IMG/VR virus record: IMGVR_UViG_2537561977_000014
DNA from: a virus
Taxonomy: Duplodnaviria > Heunggongvirae > Uroviricota > Caudoviricetes
Length of the DNA stretch: 41,015 bases
Strand: one strand, 5' to 3'
Shown here: piece after piece, positions 1-9,320 of the stretch
Position numbering within the stretch: the first letter of the stretch is position 1
How the letters are laid out: each line of letters opens with the position of its first letter
Position numbers and translations under genes: made by a program
Notes under the pieces: generated by a model
What the model was told of the DNA's origin: nothing
What the model saw: only the letters and a program-made list of their open reading frames with translations
The model's database searches: none

Positions 1-408
1 CCGGGCAGTGATGTGATTGTCTGCGCTGAAATGGACGAACAGTGGGGCTACGTCGGTGCTAAATCACGTCAGCGCTGGCTGTTTTACGCGTATGACAGGA
101 TACGGAGGACGGTTGTGGCGCACGTCTTCGGTGAACGCACTCTGGCCACACTGGAGCGTCTTCTGAGCCTGCTGTCGGCCTTTGAGGTCGTGGTATGGAT
201 GACGGATGGCTGGCCGCTGTATGAATCACGCCTGAAGGGAAAGCTGCACGTTATCAGCAAGCGTTACACTCAGCGCATTGAGCGACATAATCTGAATCTG
301 AGACAACATCTGGCAAGGCTGGGACGGAAGTCACTGTCGTTCTCAAAATCGGTGGAGCTGCATGACAAGGTCATCGGGCATTATCTGAACATAAAACACT
401 ATCAGTAA
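1..408 (+). CDS. insB: IS1 transposase InsB segment (5' partial at window edge)
   Basis: ORF 13-408 translation identical to the 34685-35080 ORF; recognisable IS1 InsB sequence (..[52 protein letters not shown]..). Confidence 0.85.
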   Translation, partial: PGSDVIVCAEMDEQWGYVGAKSRQRWLFYAYDRIRRTVVAHVFGERTLATLERLLSLLSAFEVVVWMTDGWPLYESRLKGKLHVISKRYTQRIERHNLNLRQHLARLGRKSLSFSKSVELHDKVIGHYLNIKHYQ

Positions 409-423
409 GTTGGAGTCATTACC
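1..423 (+). mobile_element. IS1-family insertion sequence, partial copy (window starts inside the element); right terminal repeat ends at 423
   Basis: Bases 1-423 are identical to 34673-35096 of the complete IS1 copy; ends with the IS1-type terminus ...cactatcagtaagttggagtcattacc. Confidence 0.9.
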
Positions 424-737
424 CGAATTTTATAAGTATTTCTGGACACTTTTCTCCTTATAAGAATCGTTTTGTAACGTTCAATCCAGTCTGCCATAGT
501 AAATGAGTCGAACCCTTTAAGTTTTTCAATTAAGGCAGCAGGAGAGTAGTTTTTGTATATATAATGATTTGCTTCAATTGCCTGCGCTACTGCATCTCTT
601 CTTGAAATTTTACCTAGTGTAAATTCTTCTTTCGTCAGAGGGTTGCGCCAGTAATATGCTTTGTCTCTCCTTCGATATGTTAAGTTTCTAGGCAAATTGG
701 GATCGTATTTTTCCGCTGCATGTTTTAACTTCTCCAT
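424..737 (-). pseudogene. int: Lambda-type tyrosine integrase, N-terminal ~105 codons only; reading frame runs straight into the IS1 end at 423
   Basis: Translation ..PNLPRNLTYRRRDKAYYWRNPLTKEEFTLGKISRRDAVAQAIEANHYIY..WIERYKTILIRRK.. resembles the arm-binding N-terminus of lambda Int; catalytic domain absent from the window. Confidence 0.65.
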
Positions 738-968
738 TAACGGACTGTCTCTCCCTTGTCGCCCATTAGGCTGATGGTGTGTTATATCGGTATCAACCTT
801 ATTTGGGTTGATATAGAAAGCCTCCGGAACCACCCTGTAACTCCTCCCGTGTAGTTCAGGTGCAGGATAAATGTTTCCATTCCTTGCCCATCGTCTCAGC
901 GTTGATATTGATGGTGGGTTATCCGGATATCTGAGTTTTCCCCACGTTTTGAGTGTCACAAGATTCAT
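738..968 (-). CDS. xis: Excisionase (lambda Xis-like); in the same frame as the int fragment in the ORF track, exact boundaries uncertain
   Basis: MNLVTLKTWGKLRYPDNPPSISTLRRWARNGNIYPAPELHGRSYRVVPEAFYINP resembles lambda Xis (MYLTLQEWNARQRRPRSLETVRRWVRECRIFPPPVKDGREY..). Confidence 0.5.
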
Positions 969-1074
969 TGCCATACCTCTCACGATATGACCGCCAGTAA
1001 ATATACAGAATACTGGCGGGTGTGGTTGATTTTTAATAATCAGCTATGAAGTTCTAATCTGGATATAATGAAAT

Positions 1075-1287
1075 TCACGAGGACTGAAGTTTCTCGCAAT
1101 TAAAATTTATCAGTTTTACTTTCTGCTCTCTGGAAACGCCTGCTTCTTTTTCCCCTGAGAGCATTTTTTCGCATTCTGATTTCGTTAGTTTTGTCTTTGA
1201 GTATCTTGTCCAGCTGGTAGGAGATCCACCTTCCTTTTCAATAGTGGCTGTAATTTTATACATGAACACCTCCATTAATATTTTCAA
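1075..1287 (-). CDS. Hypothetical small phage protein (70 aa)
   Basis: ORF in operon orientation between ATPase gene and xis; no recognisable motif. Confidence 0.4.
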   Translation of the reverse strand: MKILMEVFMYKITATIEKEGGSPTSWTRYSKTKLTKSECEKMLSGEKEAGVSREQKVKLINFNCEKLQSS

Positions 1288-1313
1288 AAACCGTGTCCAA
1301 AATGCACTTGGTT

Positions 1314-2411
1314 TTACACCGGAATATTCTCATCGTATCCTGCTTGTTGCGTTTCGTTTTGTGTTTGTGGATCCGGGAATGCATATTCAACGCCTTCCAG
1401 TTCAATCCATAGTGCATTACGACCAGCTTTGATTGTCGGCCAGTCCATACCTTTGATTCTTTCCCATGAGCGGGAGGTGAATGTTTTTTCCAGCAAATCA
1501 GCTTTTGCGCGTTTGGCGTCGTTACTGGTGCCCCCATGGTGCTTGTTGAGCAACTCGATAATTTCATCAAGTGCGATTTCTTTTGCACGCTTTTCTTTTA
1601 GCCATGTCGGTGTACCGTCGTTGGCAAATAATTCACTGTTATCCCGTGAGGTATCGATGCCGAGGTGTTCACCTCCCAGGTTAAGAAACTCGATATGAGG
1701 AAGAAAGTTTTTAAATGTTGGGTTTGAAAATACCTGTCCATCAATACGGGTGGAGCGATCTTTTAGTATTCTGGCGGTGCGCCACACCTGACCGGTTTCT
1801 ATGTTCATTTGCTTCTCCATCTGGATCAGGATGGAGGGTTCATAACCGGTTTCTGTTTCTGCTTTCATTTTTATACCGGTTTTTGCCAACTGGCGTTTGC
1901 CATCATCACCTTCGAAAAAGTCATACTCATATCCTGCACGCCCGCACATAATAATGTGCGCCTGACTGTTAACAAATCGATCGGTAAAGCGTCGCCACTC
2001 CTGTTTGAGCCACGCCCAGTCTGAAAATTCCAGTCCTCGTTTACGGTTTCGGCGTCTGGCATACTCGTCGCATAATCCGGTCCAGAAGTGACTGATGGAG
2101 TCGATGATCATTACGGAACCGCTGCTTTCCGCTTCATTAATGGCTTCAAGCAGATCAACAAACGAGCGGGTTTTTGCCGTAAATAATTCGATATTTTCCG
2201 CATCAAAGCGGGGTTTAACCCAGTCAGAGCCTGTTTCTGTGTCCAGAAACATTACCGGGCGGTTACCAGCTTCAATTCCCCGTTGCCGCATAAGCATTAC
2301 CAGACCAATAGCCAGTTCGCTTGCTGTGTAGGTTTTGCCGTCGCCAGCAAACCCCATAATTCCTGCTTTTAGATAGGCCTGTGTGTTTATTGCTCGTTGA
2401 AAAAGCGCCAT
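1314..2411 (-). CDS. P-loop NTPase, RecA-like fold (AAA_24/Sak4-like), probably recombination-associated
   Basis: Walker A GFAGDGKT and Walker B-like VMIIDSIS in the N-terminal half; sits where lambdoid recombination genes lie (upstream of xis/int). Confidence 0.6.
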   Translation of the reverse strand: MALFQRAINTQAYLKAGIMGFAGDGKTYTASELAIGLVMLMRQRGIEAGNRPVMFLDTETGSDWVKPRFDAENIELFTAKTRSFVDLLEAINEAESSGSVMIIDSISHFWTGLCDEYARRRNRKRGLEFSDWAWLKQEWRRFTDRFVNSQAHIIMCGRAGYEYDFFEGDDGKRQLAKTGIKMKAETETGYEPSILIQMEKQMNIETGQVWRTARILKDRSTRIDGQVFSNPTFKNFLPHIEFLNLGGEHLGIDTSRDNSELFANDGTPTWLKEKRAKEIALDEIIELLNKHHGGTSNDAKRAKADLLEKTFTSRSWERIKGMDWPTIKAGRNALWIELEGVEYAFPDPQTQNETQQAGYDENIPV

Positions 2412-2416
2412 AGATT

Positions 2417-2716
2417 TTAGTCCTCCAAATCAATATCAACCTGGTGGTGGGCAATGGTTTCAGCCATGTACCGGATGTGTTCTGCCATGCGCTCCTGAAA
2501 CTCAACATCATCATCAAATGCGTGGCTGATTGCCTGTTTATTGGCACCGTGGCGTTGCAAATGGTCGATGCAGAGCGATTCAAACAGGTGCTGAGGCAGA
2601 CCTTTTTCCAGGTCGTCCGCCAGTTCCGTTTCTTTTTCTTCACGAACGATCTGCTGGTAGTGACGAGCCCATGCCATTTCTTCAATACGATCAAAAATCG
2701 GGTAAGCGCTCATCAC
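2417..2716 (-). CDS. Hypothetical early-region phage protein (99 aa, acidic)
   Basis: ORF tightly packed in the minus-strand operon; no recognisable motif. Confidence 0.5.
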   Translation of the reverse strand: MMSAYPIFDRIEEMAWARHYQQIVREEKETELADDLEKGLPQHLFESLCIDHLQRHGANKQAISHAFDDDVEFQERMAEHIRYMAETIAHHQVDIDLED

Positions 2717-2918
2717 TGGTCACTCCAAAATTTTCAAGCTTGTTGGCAATCATCATTGCGATGTCAGGGATTGCAGGCGCATAGGCTATGCACGCAGGAT
2801 TCGCACATAAACCGTAAACCGCCGCAATCAACACCTGTTTTTTCCAGTTGAGTTCATCTTCGCCAGTTTCATTATTGCTATCATTATGCTGATCGCTGCC
2901 AGCGTTCTCCGGTAACAA
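2691..2918 (-). CDS. Hypothetical small protein (75 aa) with a hydrophobic C-terminal half
   Basis: ORF overlapping the 3' end of the upstream large gene; hydrophobic stretch [29 protein letters not shown]. Confidence 0.35.
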   Translation of the reverse strand: MLPENAGSDQHNDSNNETGEDELNWKKQVLIAAVYGLCANPACIAYAPAIPDIAMMIANKLENFGVTSDERLPDF

Positions 2919-4630
2919 ATCATCAGCTTTTTCCGTTTACTTCGGCTCTTCTTCCTGTGCTTCATCTGGTTTTTTTCGTCAAAAGTTTCCTGATAAGTTG
3001 CGTCTCCCATCACCGCGCCACAGTCAGGGCAGTTATCCTCGCCAGTCTGATTGCAGGGTGTTCCCTCCTCCGGTTCGCTGTTCTGGTGCTGTTTATCTTC
3101 AGTCTGTCGCACTTCATTTTCCGTTTTTTTGACTTCATTTGAGGAGATATGATGACCGGGAATCCATTTCGAATCATTCGGGTCGCTAATCCCTTCAACA
3201 AATTCTCCGCGAGAGGCAGCCAGTAATTTGTCTGCATCGACAGGATTTTTGGGCGGAATGTTTTTCTGGGCTTCATGGAGTTCTGTCCGCAGTTTCTGAT
3301 ATTTCGCATCAACAGCATTTACCTGTGACTGAGTATCCAGCGGCTGCGTGTCCTGATGATGTTCAGTTGCATCCGGTTCCACTGTTTCAGCCGTTGCCTG
3401 TTCATCTGCCATTGCGCAAGATGGTTGCGGTTTTTCTTCATCATCCTGTTTTCCTTCTTCTGTTACACGTTGCGGCATCGGGGCAGAGGAGCGACCGCAG
3501 GCAATATCCACGATTTCCGGATCAGGGTTGGCATGATCGGTTTCAGTCAGTACCTTGTTCAGATATTCAGTGACGTGCGCGGGGATGACCTCGATACCAA
3601 TCGGTGCTTCTTTCACTAACGCAACCACGATGGCGCGGGAATAATCCATCCCGCCAGGCATGGTGATGAATTTGTCGCGGAAAACAGAAAAGGGCGGTTT
3701 ATTTTCAGCGATAATTTCCTCGACACGTTTAGCGTGTGCCGGATGAAGGTTATAAATGTCCACGTCCATTGAACGAGCCAGTACGCCAGTGGCTACGTCG
3801 CGCGCCAGTGACGTCAGATCGTGAACGAAACCTTCGCCGCGATCGGTGAGGTTCCCGCCGCCAGCATTAGCACCGGAAGCCGTGCGAGTGATACGCGAAA
3901 CACGATTTCCTTTCATCCACTCTTTTGTCAGCAGACCGCGATCGGTGTAGTTGGCATCCAGATATGCTTCGAAAAAAGCAGTCATCAGTCCCAGATTTGA
4001 ATTGCCAGGATTAGGGAAAACTTTGTCAGTATCACGCACGAGTTTGTGGAGGTCGCGAATCTCCAGCGGGTCGAGCAGACTGGTTTTATGCGAAACAGCC
4101 AGAGCAGTAACAGCCGGTAGTTCTTCATCCCGAGCAATGTGTAATGCCTGGAGTTCGTCGCGTGAAACGTGCGTTACCGGTTTTTCGCTGCCGTGTTGCG
4201 CAAGCCAACGAATGGGCAGTTCCTGACCGGAAACTGGCAGGAGCATGTTCTCCTCAATTTCTGTCATGTCTTCGCCGTTGACGTTGGTATTGTCAGTGCT
4301 GGCTGGTTTGTCCTGAACAGAGGGAGAAGATGCGATAAATACCATTGTGATGCCATCTTCCCCGCCTTTTTCGTAACGGTTGCAGAATTCCGTATCAAAC
4401 ACGCCTTCTGGTGGGAGGTCATCAACAACGGGCAAATTGACGCGAACAGGTTTTTTAAAGTCATCTTCATCGTAGCCAGCATCGTCAATCGCAACAGCAC
4501 CACGGGAGATGGCAATGGATAATTTTTTCGCTTCAGCCCAGTAAAAACCGCCTTTAATACCGAGGCGTTTTCTTACTTTGTCATTTTTTGCTTCGTAATA
4601 CAGTGGGTAAACTTGTTTATCGGTGCTCAT
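2828..4630 (-). CDS. Large acidic early-left-operon protein (~600 aa), function unknown; occupies the recE position of Rac-like prophages
   Basis: Long uninterrupted ORF; start chosen at ATG 4630 (MSTDKQ..), preceded by GAGG ~10 nt upstream; Cys cluster CPDC near C-terminus; no nuclease motif recognised by eye. Confidence 0.6.
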   Translation of the reverse strand: MSTDKQVYPLYYEAKNDKVRKRLGIKGGFYWAEAKKLSIAISRGAVAIDDAGYDEDDFKKPVRVNLPVVDDLPPEGVFDTEFCNRYEKGGEDGITMVFIASSPSVQDKPASTDNTNVNGEDMTEIEENMLLPVSGQELPIRWLAQHGSEKPVTHVSRDELQALHIARDEELPAVTALAVSHKTSLLDPLEIRDLHKLVRDTDKVFPNPGNSNLGLMTAFFEAYLDANYTDRGLLTKEWMKGNRVSRITRTASGANAGGGNLTDRGEGFVHDLTSLARDVATGVLARSMDVDIYNLHPAHAKRVEEIIAENKPPFSVFRDKFITMPGGMDYSRAIVVALVKEAPIGIEVIPAHVTEYLNKVLTETDHANPDPEIVDIACGRSSAPMPQRVTEEGKQDDEEKPQPSCAMADEQATAETVEPDATEHHQDTQPLDTQSQVNAVDAKYQKLRTELHEAQKNIPPKNPVDADKLLAASRGEFVEGISDPNDSKWIPGHHISSNEVKKTENEVRQTEDKQHQNSEPEEGTPCNQTGEDNCPDCGAVMGDATYQETFDEKNQMKHRKKSRSKRKKLMICYRRTLAAISIMIAIMKLAKMNSTGKNRC

Positions 4631-4663
4631 TGTTTTTAACCTCAACTCATATTCAGATTGCAT

Positions 4664-4948
4664 AAAAGAAACGAACTGATGATGCGATATGAGAGAGTTC
4701 TTTCAGTCGTTGATAACTGATACCGTATTTCTTGTCAGCCTCTTCAATGCGAGCTGTGAGTAATGCAATTTCTTTAATGGCACATACACAACAATCAAAT
4801 GTTCCCAGAACGTAACCGTCATCAATAATTACCGTGACGTTTTCTTTTGGGAAATCTGAATGAAACTATGTAATGTATTCCCACATTTAAATTCGGCGAG
4901 AGAATCGTTAATAACATCAAGTTCAATTCCACATTCAATAATGCTCAT
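4664..4948 (-). pseudogene. Small early gene (~92 codons) split over two frames by an apparent frameshift
   Basis: ATG at 4948 with AAGGAA RBS gives MSIIECGIELDVINDSLAEFKCGNTLHSFI.. then stop; the -1 frame continues ..[52 protein letters not shown]..; switch falls in a TTTCCCAAAAGAAAA tract. Confidence 0.3.
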
Positions 4949-5021
4949 TGCTGTTTCCTTTTTAAGGTTGAGTGAATCCCTGCCATTGCTGGCATAAATT
5001 CAGTTTCGAATATTCAGTTAA

Positions 5022-5309
5022 TTAAAGTTCGTGTGCCATCTTGTCTTTTTCGGCACAAGCTGCACTGCAATATTTTCGTTTCTTTCTGGCAATCATGTTT
5101 CCATGCATATAAATAAGCTCGCCAGTAAAAGCTTTTTCAGGTAAAAACTGTTTATTGCAGAGATGGTAATCACATTGTATTAAATCCGGGTCACCTTTTT
5201 GCTGGAGAATTTTTCTGATTCTCCACAGCCATTTTTTAATCCCGGTATGACTGATGGTCTGCCTGAGGGCAGGTGTAAAACAATAATCAAGCATGGGGTT
5301 CATATCCAT
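5022..5309 (-). CDS. Cys-rich small protein (95 aa), putative zinc-finger
   Basis: Cys pairs CDYHLC and CSAAC; basic residues; ORF in operon orientation. Confidence 0.45.
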   Translation of the reverse strand: MDMNPMLDYCFTPALRQTISHTGIKKWLWRIRKILQQKGDPDLIQCDYHLCNKQFLPEKAFTGELIYMHGNMIARKKRKYCSAACAEKDKMAHEL

Positions 5310-5348
5310 AGCTCCATTTTTATTTTAAGGAAAGCAACTGCTCTACGG

Positions 5349-5872
5349 TCATGTTTTAATTGCGCCCCGGTTTACAAGAGTCCAGCCCTGTTTTTCCAGA
5401 TAAAACCGGAAAGTCTCCAGGGTACAGACCAGTGCGCCATCAGGAACGGTTTCGGTGAATTCGACATTGCCGAATTTGTCGAAGTGAACAACCAGAGTGC
5501 GACCATCACCCGGAATCATCTTGTCAGCAGGTGGGGTGTTATTCTGGCGCAGTTCGGCCTCCATGCGGTCGAACTCAGCAATGTAGGCTTCTTTGAATGC
5601 GGCGGCTTTTTGCCAGTGAAGCCCATCACCAGGAAAACGAAGCCGTTTTTGGTGATTTGGTACATTGGGCGTTTTTCGCCTTTGGTGTCGGTGTAGGTGA
5701 CCGACACAAAATTGTGTTCGTTAAAATTTGATGAGCAGTCTAAATTGCGAATTTTATCCAGCACACGTTCGTGGCGTTTGCCGAAGAACTCCGCAATAGC
5801 AACAGACGTAGTGACAGCGCGACCATTTTCGATGGTTACGTCAGGGTGAGAAAGGGCAGGGATAGTAGCCAT
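5349..5872 (-). pseudogene. rha: Phage regulatory protein Rha family, frameshifted
   Basis: N-terminal frame ..AIAEFFGKRHERVLDKIRNL..PMYQITKNGFVFLVMGFTGKK then nonsense; C-terminal homology (MEAELRQ..) resumes in another frame (ORF 5349-5564); frames are reconciled by one extra A in the A5 run (plus-strand TTTTT at 5587-5591). Confidence 0.65.
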
Positions 5873-6140
5873 TTTAGTGGCCTCCTTAACTGTTTTAGTC
5901 TGCGATTACCAGTTAGTAGCTGGTGATCGGGTGTCAACTAGAGCCAGTTAAGAAGCTCCGGGCATATTCCCCTTACGGGTATTGTATTACGCCTCTCCAC
6001 CCGATCTTTGTACGGATGTGCCGTATTTCAGGCATAAAAAGCCGCAAGGCTATCGGGTGCGGATGACCGCTTAACTGTTTCTAGTGCGATCATCTTGCAA
6101 CAATGCAGGTTGCTTTGTCAATATCCCGGATATCAGAAAG

Positions 6141-6172
6141 CAAAAACCCCTGAACTGGTGGGGACAGGGGCG
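6141..6172 (-). terminator. Rho-independent terminator downstream of the toxin gene
   Basis: Minus-strand hairpin CCCCTG-(12 nt loop)-CAGGGG followed by TTTTTG. Confidence 0.5.
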
Positions 6173-6190
6173 CTACTAAATGTGTAATTG

Positions 6191-6511
6191 CTAAACTCTG
6201 ATCAATCGTCTGAACAGTAACTGTTTAATATCCTGACGTTGGGAAAGAATCACGTGTGCAGTGATAATATCCTCCTCGACAGAGTACAGCACTCTGTAGC
6301 CTTCTGGTGTGTTGCACTCTCTGTATTTAGCCACGCCAAGCTTGAGCAACTCCGGGCATAACTGACATCCGGACGGGAATGCAGTAACTCTTGTTTCAAA
6401 TCGCTCAAGAATTTCTGCTATTACAGGGCGTGGGTCAATGTCGTTACTCCGGAGATGGTCGGCAATTTGCTCAAGGCTTGTTCTGGCGGTAAGTGTGTAT
6501 TCAACCTGCAT
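6191..6511 (-). CDS. Type II toxin, RelE/ParE superfamily
   Basis: ~106 aa with C-terminal ..EGYRVLYSVEEDIITAHVILSQRQD.. signature; immediately downstream of a Phd/YefM-like ORF. Confidence 0.7.
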   Translation of the reverse strand: MQVEYTLTARTSLEQIADHLRSNDIDPRPVIAEILERFETRVTAFPSGCQLCPELLKLGVAKYRECNTPEGYRVLYSVEEDIITAHVILSQRQDIKQLLFRRLIRV

Positions 6512-6532
6512 AGTTAACCTTAGTTGTTAAAG

Positions 6533-6751
6533 CTATCCAGCAACTGTGCTTTGAAAACACGCGACTTCAGACTTGTCGTTTTCTGAAATAGTGAGAAGTT
6601 TCAGTAACGCAATAGCGTTCTCGCGTTCCTGTTGCTGCTCATAGGATTCAATTACGTATGCAGGAACACCATTCTGCGTGACAAGAATGGGTTCCGCCAG
6701 GTCCAGTGAGGCTGCGTTTTTCTTGATGTAGCTGATAGTTTCTATTTTCAT
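6533..6751 (-). CDS. Type II antitoxin, Phd/YefM-like
   Basis: 72 aa; ..PILVTQNGVPAYVIESYEQQQE.. resembles Phd/YefM; 21 nt upstream of the toxin gene. Confidence 0.65.
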   Translation of the reverse strand: MKIETISYIKKNAASLDLAEPILVTQNGVPAYVIESYEQQQERENAIALLKLLTISENDKSEVACFQSTVAG

Positions 6752-7153
6752 ATGGGTGTTCCTTTTTTCATTGGGAGTTATAATTTAGTCTGAATTTAGT
6801 TTTCTCGCAAGTGGCGGAAGCCGCCAGTTTGGTTTGTTCAAAAAGTCACATCCCGACCCTGCGTTCCGGTTCTGCGGATATATCAGGGCATTCGGCGGCA
6901 CCCCGAATTGTGGTTTACGTGACAGCCCGGTTCATATTGTTAAAGAGCGGCGGATTTCAGGTGTGGAAATCCCCTGCACGAATAACGGTTAATTCGCGCA
7001 TAATTAATTAAATAAATTTTGTTGATGCGGTGCCTGGTGCCTCCAGGTGACGTTAACCAGTTAACAATTAACGCCGGAATAAGGGATTTTCCTTACTGTT
7101 TTAACTGTTCCGCGTGCGCTCAGCCGCATTCACCGCATCACAAAATTCACTTT

Positions 7154-7212
7154 AAAAAGGGCGGCAGAGCAAAACTGATGCCGCCAAAAGTTTCATCGCC
7201 AACAACTCAATC
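7154..7212 (-). ncRNA. dicF: DicF-like small RNA candidate (Qin-type cell-division inhibitor sRNA) with intrinsic terminator
   Basis: Minus-strand ..UUUGGCGGCAUCAGUUUUGCUCUGCCGCCCUUUUU: 7-bp GC stem plus U-run; resembles remembered E. coli DicF core; lies downstream of dicA and the ydfA-B-C-position ORFs as in Qin. Confidence 0.45.
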
Positions 7213-7515
7213 TGGAGATGTTGTGGCGGGTTGTCACTTAATCGTATGGTCAACCTGACAACCCGGTGGACATTTGCGAGGAACGGAGAAACCCCGCCAT
7301 ACTTACCGCCGCGCCATTTCGCGGATTGCCACAACCGGAAGCGCACGGTCGGCGAAAATTTAACGACAGGCTATCTATGACCAGCTACCTCGCCGTGCGC
7401 TTTCGTGTTGTGTGCCTGCTTTTAACCACGTCAGGCGAGGTGGTTCCTGTTATTCCCCAACAACAAGAAATTTGTATAATCTGAATACCCCAACAATAAG
7501 AAGAGTGAGCAAGTG

Positions 7516-7911
7516 ATGTTTGATCTATCATTAGCGATGTCAGCTCTCAAAGAGACTGCATCAATGTTAAAATTATTCAATGAAGCAAAAACTCAGGCTG
7601 AGGTTGATCGCGCTGTGTCTGAAATAAACTCTAAGTTGTCAAGCATTCAGCTTGAATATTTGTCTCTCATTGATGAGCTGACAATCTCTAAAAGCAATGA
7701 GGCTGCGCTCAAAGCAAAACTCACGGAGATAGAAAAGTTTAAGTTCCAAAGTGAAGACTGCGAACCTCGCCAATTGATTACTGGAACGATTGTGTATGCC
7801 AGACAGTGCAATACTAGCTCTGGCAAGATTACCATGTATTTTTGTCCAGAATGTTTTGCGAAGAGAGCAATATCTATATTGCAACCTTTCCCTTATCGAG
7901 GAAGGCGATAA
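7516..7911 (+). CDS. Hypothetical protein: N-terminal coiled coil plus C-terminal Cys4 zinc-ribbon-like motif; AT-rich moron on the opposite strand to flanking genes
   Basis: ORF of 131 codons; Cys pattern C-x14-C...CPEC; TATAAT at 7475-7480 flanked by direct repeats CCCCAACAA(C/T)AAG; visibly lower GC than neighbours. Confidence 0.55.
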   Translation: MFDLSLAMSALKETASMLKLFNEAKTQAEVDRAVSEINSKLSSIQLEYLSLIDELTISKSNEAALKAKLTEIEKFKFQSEDCEPRQLITGTIVYARQCNTSSGKITMYFCPECFAKRAISILQPFPYRGRR

Positions 7912-8101
7912 TATACGAAAACTCAATGTCCCTCCTGTAAAAATGAGTATCTCATGGACTACAATTTCAATAATGATTTTTGAGTCAAGGTATTCAGATT
8001 TTTAAAGAACATGCCGGATACTCACCCGTGTCCGGCGCACGCACTCCACCTCACCCGTGGAGAACTCCTTAATTACCAACCTTGGCTTCGTTGGTTAGCC
8101 A

Positions 8102-8320
8102 TTAACGCTGGTATGTAATCATTCTGGCAATGCTTAATGCCGCTGCTTTTTCCAGCCTGGTGATATCCTGCTCCTGAGCGGACAGATTTTCGGCCTCCTT
8201 AGCCCGGGCTTCATTGGCCCACTTCAGGTCCTGCGCAGCCTGAATTTTCTGGTGCATCCACTCATAAAGTTCATCATCGGTATAGTCTGGCGCGATGATG
8301 ACGGGGTCACGTTTCTGCAT
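8102..8320 (-). CDS. Small phage protein (72 aa) in the YdfC position of a Qin-like dicA operon
   Basis: ORF; position between the YdfB-position ORF and the DicF-like RNA. Confidence 0.5.
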   Translation of the reverse strand: MQKRDPVIIAPDYTDDELYEWMHQKIQAAQDLKWANEARAKEAENLSAQEQDITRLEKAAALSIARMITYQR

Positions 8321-8349
8321 ACCGATTCCTCGCAGTGCTGTTTCGCTTA

Positions 8350-8478
8350 TCAGCCGTTAGATTTTGCCGAACTGGAAAGCGCCTGTTTAAACTCACTGAA
8401 GCTGAGAGCTTCTTCGCCTTCGGCAAGGCCTTCGAAGTATTCTTCGTAAGCCTTTTTCATGATTGTGTCGAAATCCAT
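8350..8478 (-). CDS. Small protein (42 aa), YdfB-position ORF
   Basis: ATG at 8478 to stop at 8350 gives MDFDTIMKKAYEEYFEGLAEGEEALSFSEFKQALSSSAKSNG; size and position match Qin ydfB; below the ORF-track cutoff. Confidence 0.4.
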   Translation of the reverse strand: MDFDTIMKKAYEEYFEGLAEGEEALSFSEFKQALSSSAKSNG

Positions 8479-8479
8479 A

Positions 8480-8689
8480 TTACTCACCTGAGTTTCTTTC
8501 CAGCCAGCGACGCGCGCCAGATTCGGTTTTAAACGTTTTGCTTTTGGTATACGTCATCGCGGTGAACGTGCCGTCCTGGTTGGGGAACACGCCGTACACC
8601 AGAGATTCGTTGTTGCCAAGATCGATAGTATTCATGTTGACCCCATTTCCCCTTAACGCCGGGGTAGCGGAACTGTTTGCTGAGAACAC
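8480..8689 (-). CDS. Small phage protein (69 aa), YdfA-position ORF
   Basis: ORF downstream of dicA on the same strand. Confidence 0.5.
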   Translation of the reverse strand: MFSANSSATPALRGNGVNMNTIDLGNNESLVYGVFPNQDGTFTAMTYTKSKTFKTESGARRWLERNSGE

Positions 8690-8716
8690 CGTGCGGTGTC
8701 TTGATGAATGAAATTT

Positions 8717-8765
8717 AGAATAACCTAAGGTGTGCGGTCAAGATTTTTATGTAGAAAACCTAAGT
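8717..8765. promoter_or_regulatory. Operator-like direct repeats (TAGAAnAACCTAAG x2) between dicA and the downstream operon
   Basis: AACCTAAG at 8723-8730 and 8758-8765; same CTAAGG/CCTTAG half-site as the dicA-dicC intergenic palindrome. Confidence 0.4.
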
Positions 8766-8836
8766 TTTTTGATGTAAAAAACACAAGTGTTTGAAAGTTT
8801 GTGCTTTTTATTACAGGGTGTGGAGAAAAAAGGGGA

Positions 8837-9244
8837 TTATTTGTTTGCGCTTCTTTTGCGAGCTTTGAGTAGTTCTTCAAAAAGTTTGTTGAAATTTTCA
8901 ACTCGAGCACGCATCTCTGACAACAGGGCCTTTTGCTCTGACTCAGGCAGTGCGTCGAACAGTTGAAGTAACTCTTTTTGATCTTCTGTCAGAATGGCTG
9001 GCTGATTATCCGGGATCGGTTCGCCTGGTTGTTTATCTTCATCCCCAAAAAGAAGCCAAGTCGGTGAGCACTGAAGCGCTTGGCTCAGTGCGAATAATCT
9101 TTTCCCCGCCGGCTGTGTTTCATCTCTTTCCCATTGAGAAATTGTTACGTGAGCCACTTTGACCAGCTTACCTAATGCGGCCTGAGACAGTTTTAATTTT
9201 TTACGCCTATGTAAGAGGCGAGCACCGAAGGTTTCGTTTTTCAT
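8837..9244 (-). CDS. dicA: Prophage repressor, DicA-like (HTH_XRE)
   Basis: 135 aa; ..QAALGKLVKVAHVTISQWERDETQPAGKRLFALSQALQCSPTWLLFGDEDKQP..MRARVENFNKLFEELLKARKR closely resembles E. coli DicA; divergent from a DicC-like gene. Confidence 0.85.
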   Translation of the reverse strand: MKNETFGARLLHRRKKLKLSQAALGKLVKVAHVTISQWERDETQPAGKRLFALSQALQCSPTWLLFGDEDKQPGEPIPDNQPAILTEDQKELLQLFDALPESEQKALLSEMRARVENFNKLFEELLKARKRSANK

Positions 9245-9264
9245 ATTAGGGAATTCTAATTTTT

Positions 9265-9311
9265 CTTGACTTAGGTTTCTCTACGATCTAGTTTCCTTAG
9301 GAAAATCTAAG
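9265..9311 (+). promoter_or_regulatory. Divergent promoter/operator region between dicA and dicC
   Basis: TTGACT at 9265-9270; palindrome CCTTAGGAAAATCTAAGG at 9294-9311 overlapping the RBS of dicC. Confidence 0.4.
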
Positions 9312-9320
9312 GAGCTCGAT

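Noticed and set aside
402-983. Single 193-aa Xis-Int fusion protein as given by the ORF track
   Set aside because: More likely an excisionase gene and the 5' part of int sharing a frame, with the 3' end of the ORF being IS1 sequence read through; treated as xis plus truncated int.
6811-7346. Several 64-79 aa ORFs in the 6760-7500 interval
   Set aside because: No RBS or recognisable protein features; the interval looks like a degraded remnant of the dicF/dicB region and the terminator-bearing DicF-like element explains the conserved-looking sequence better.
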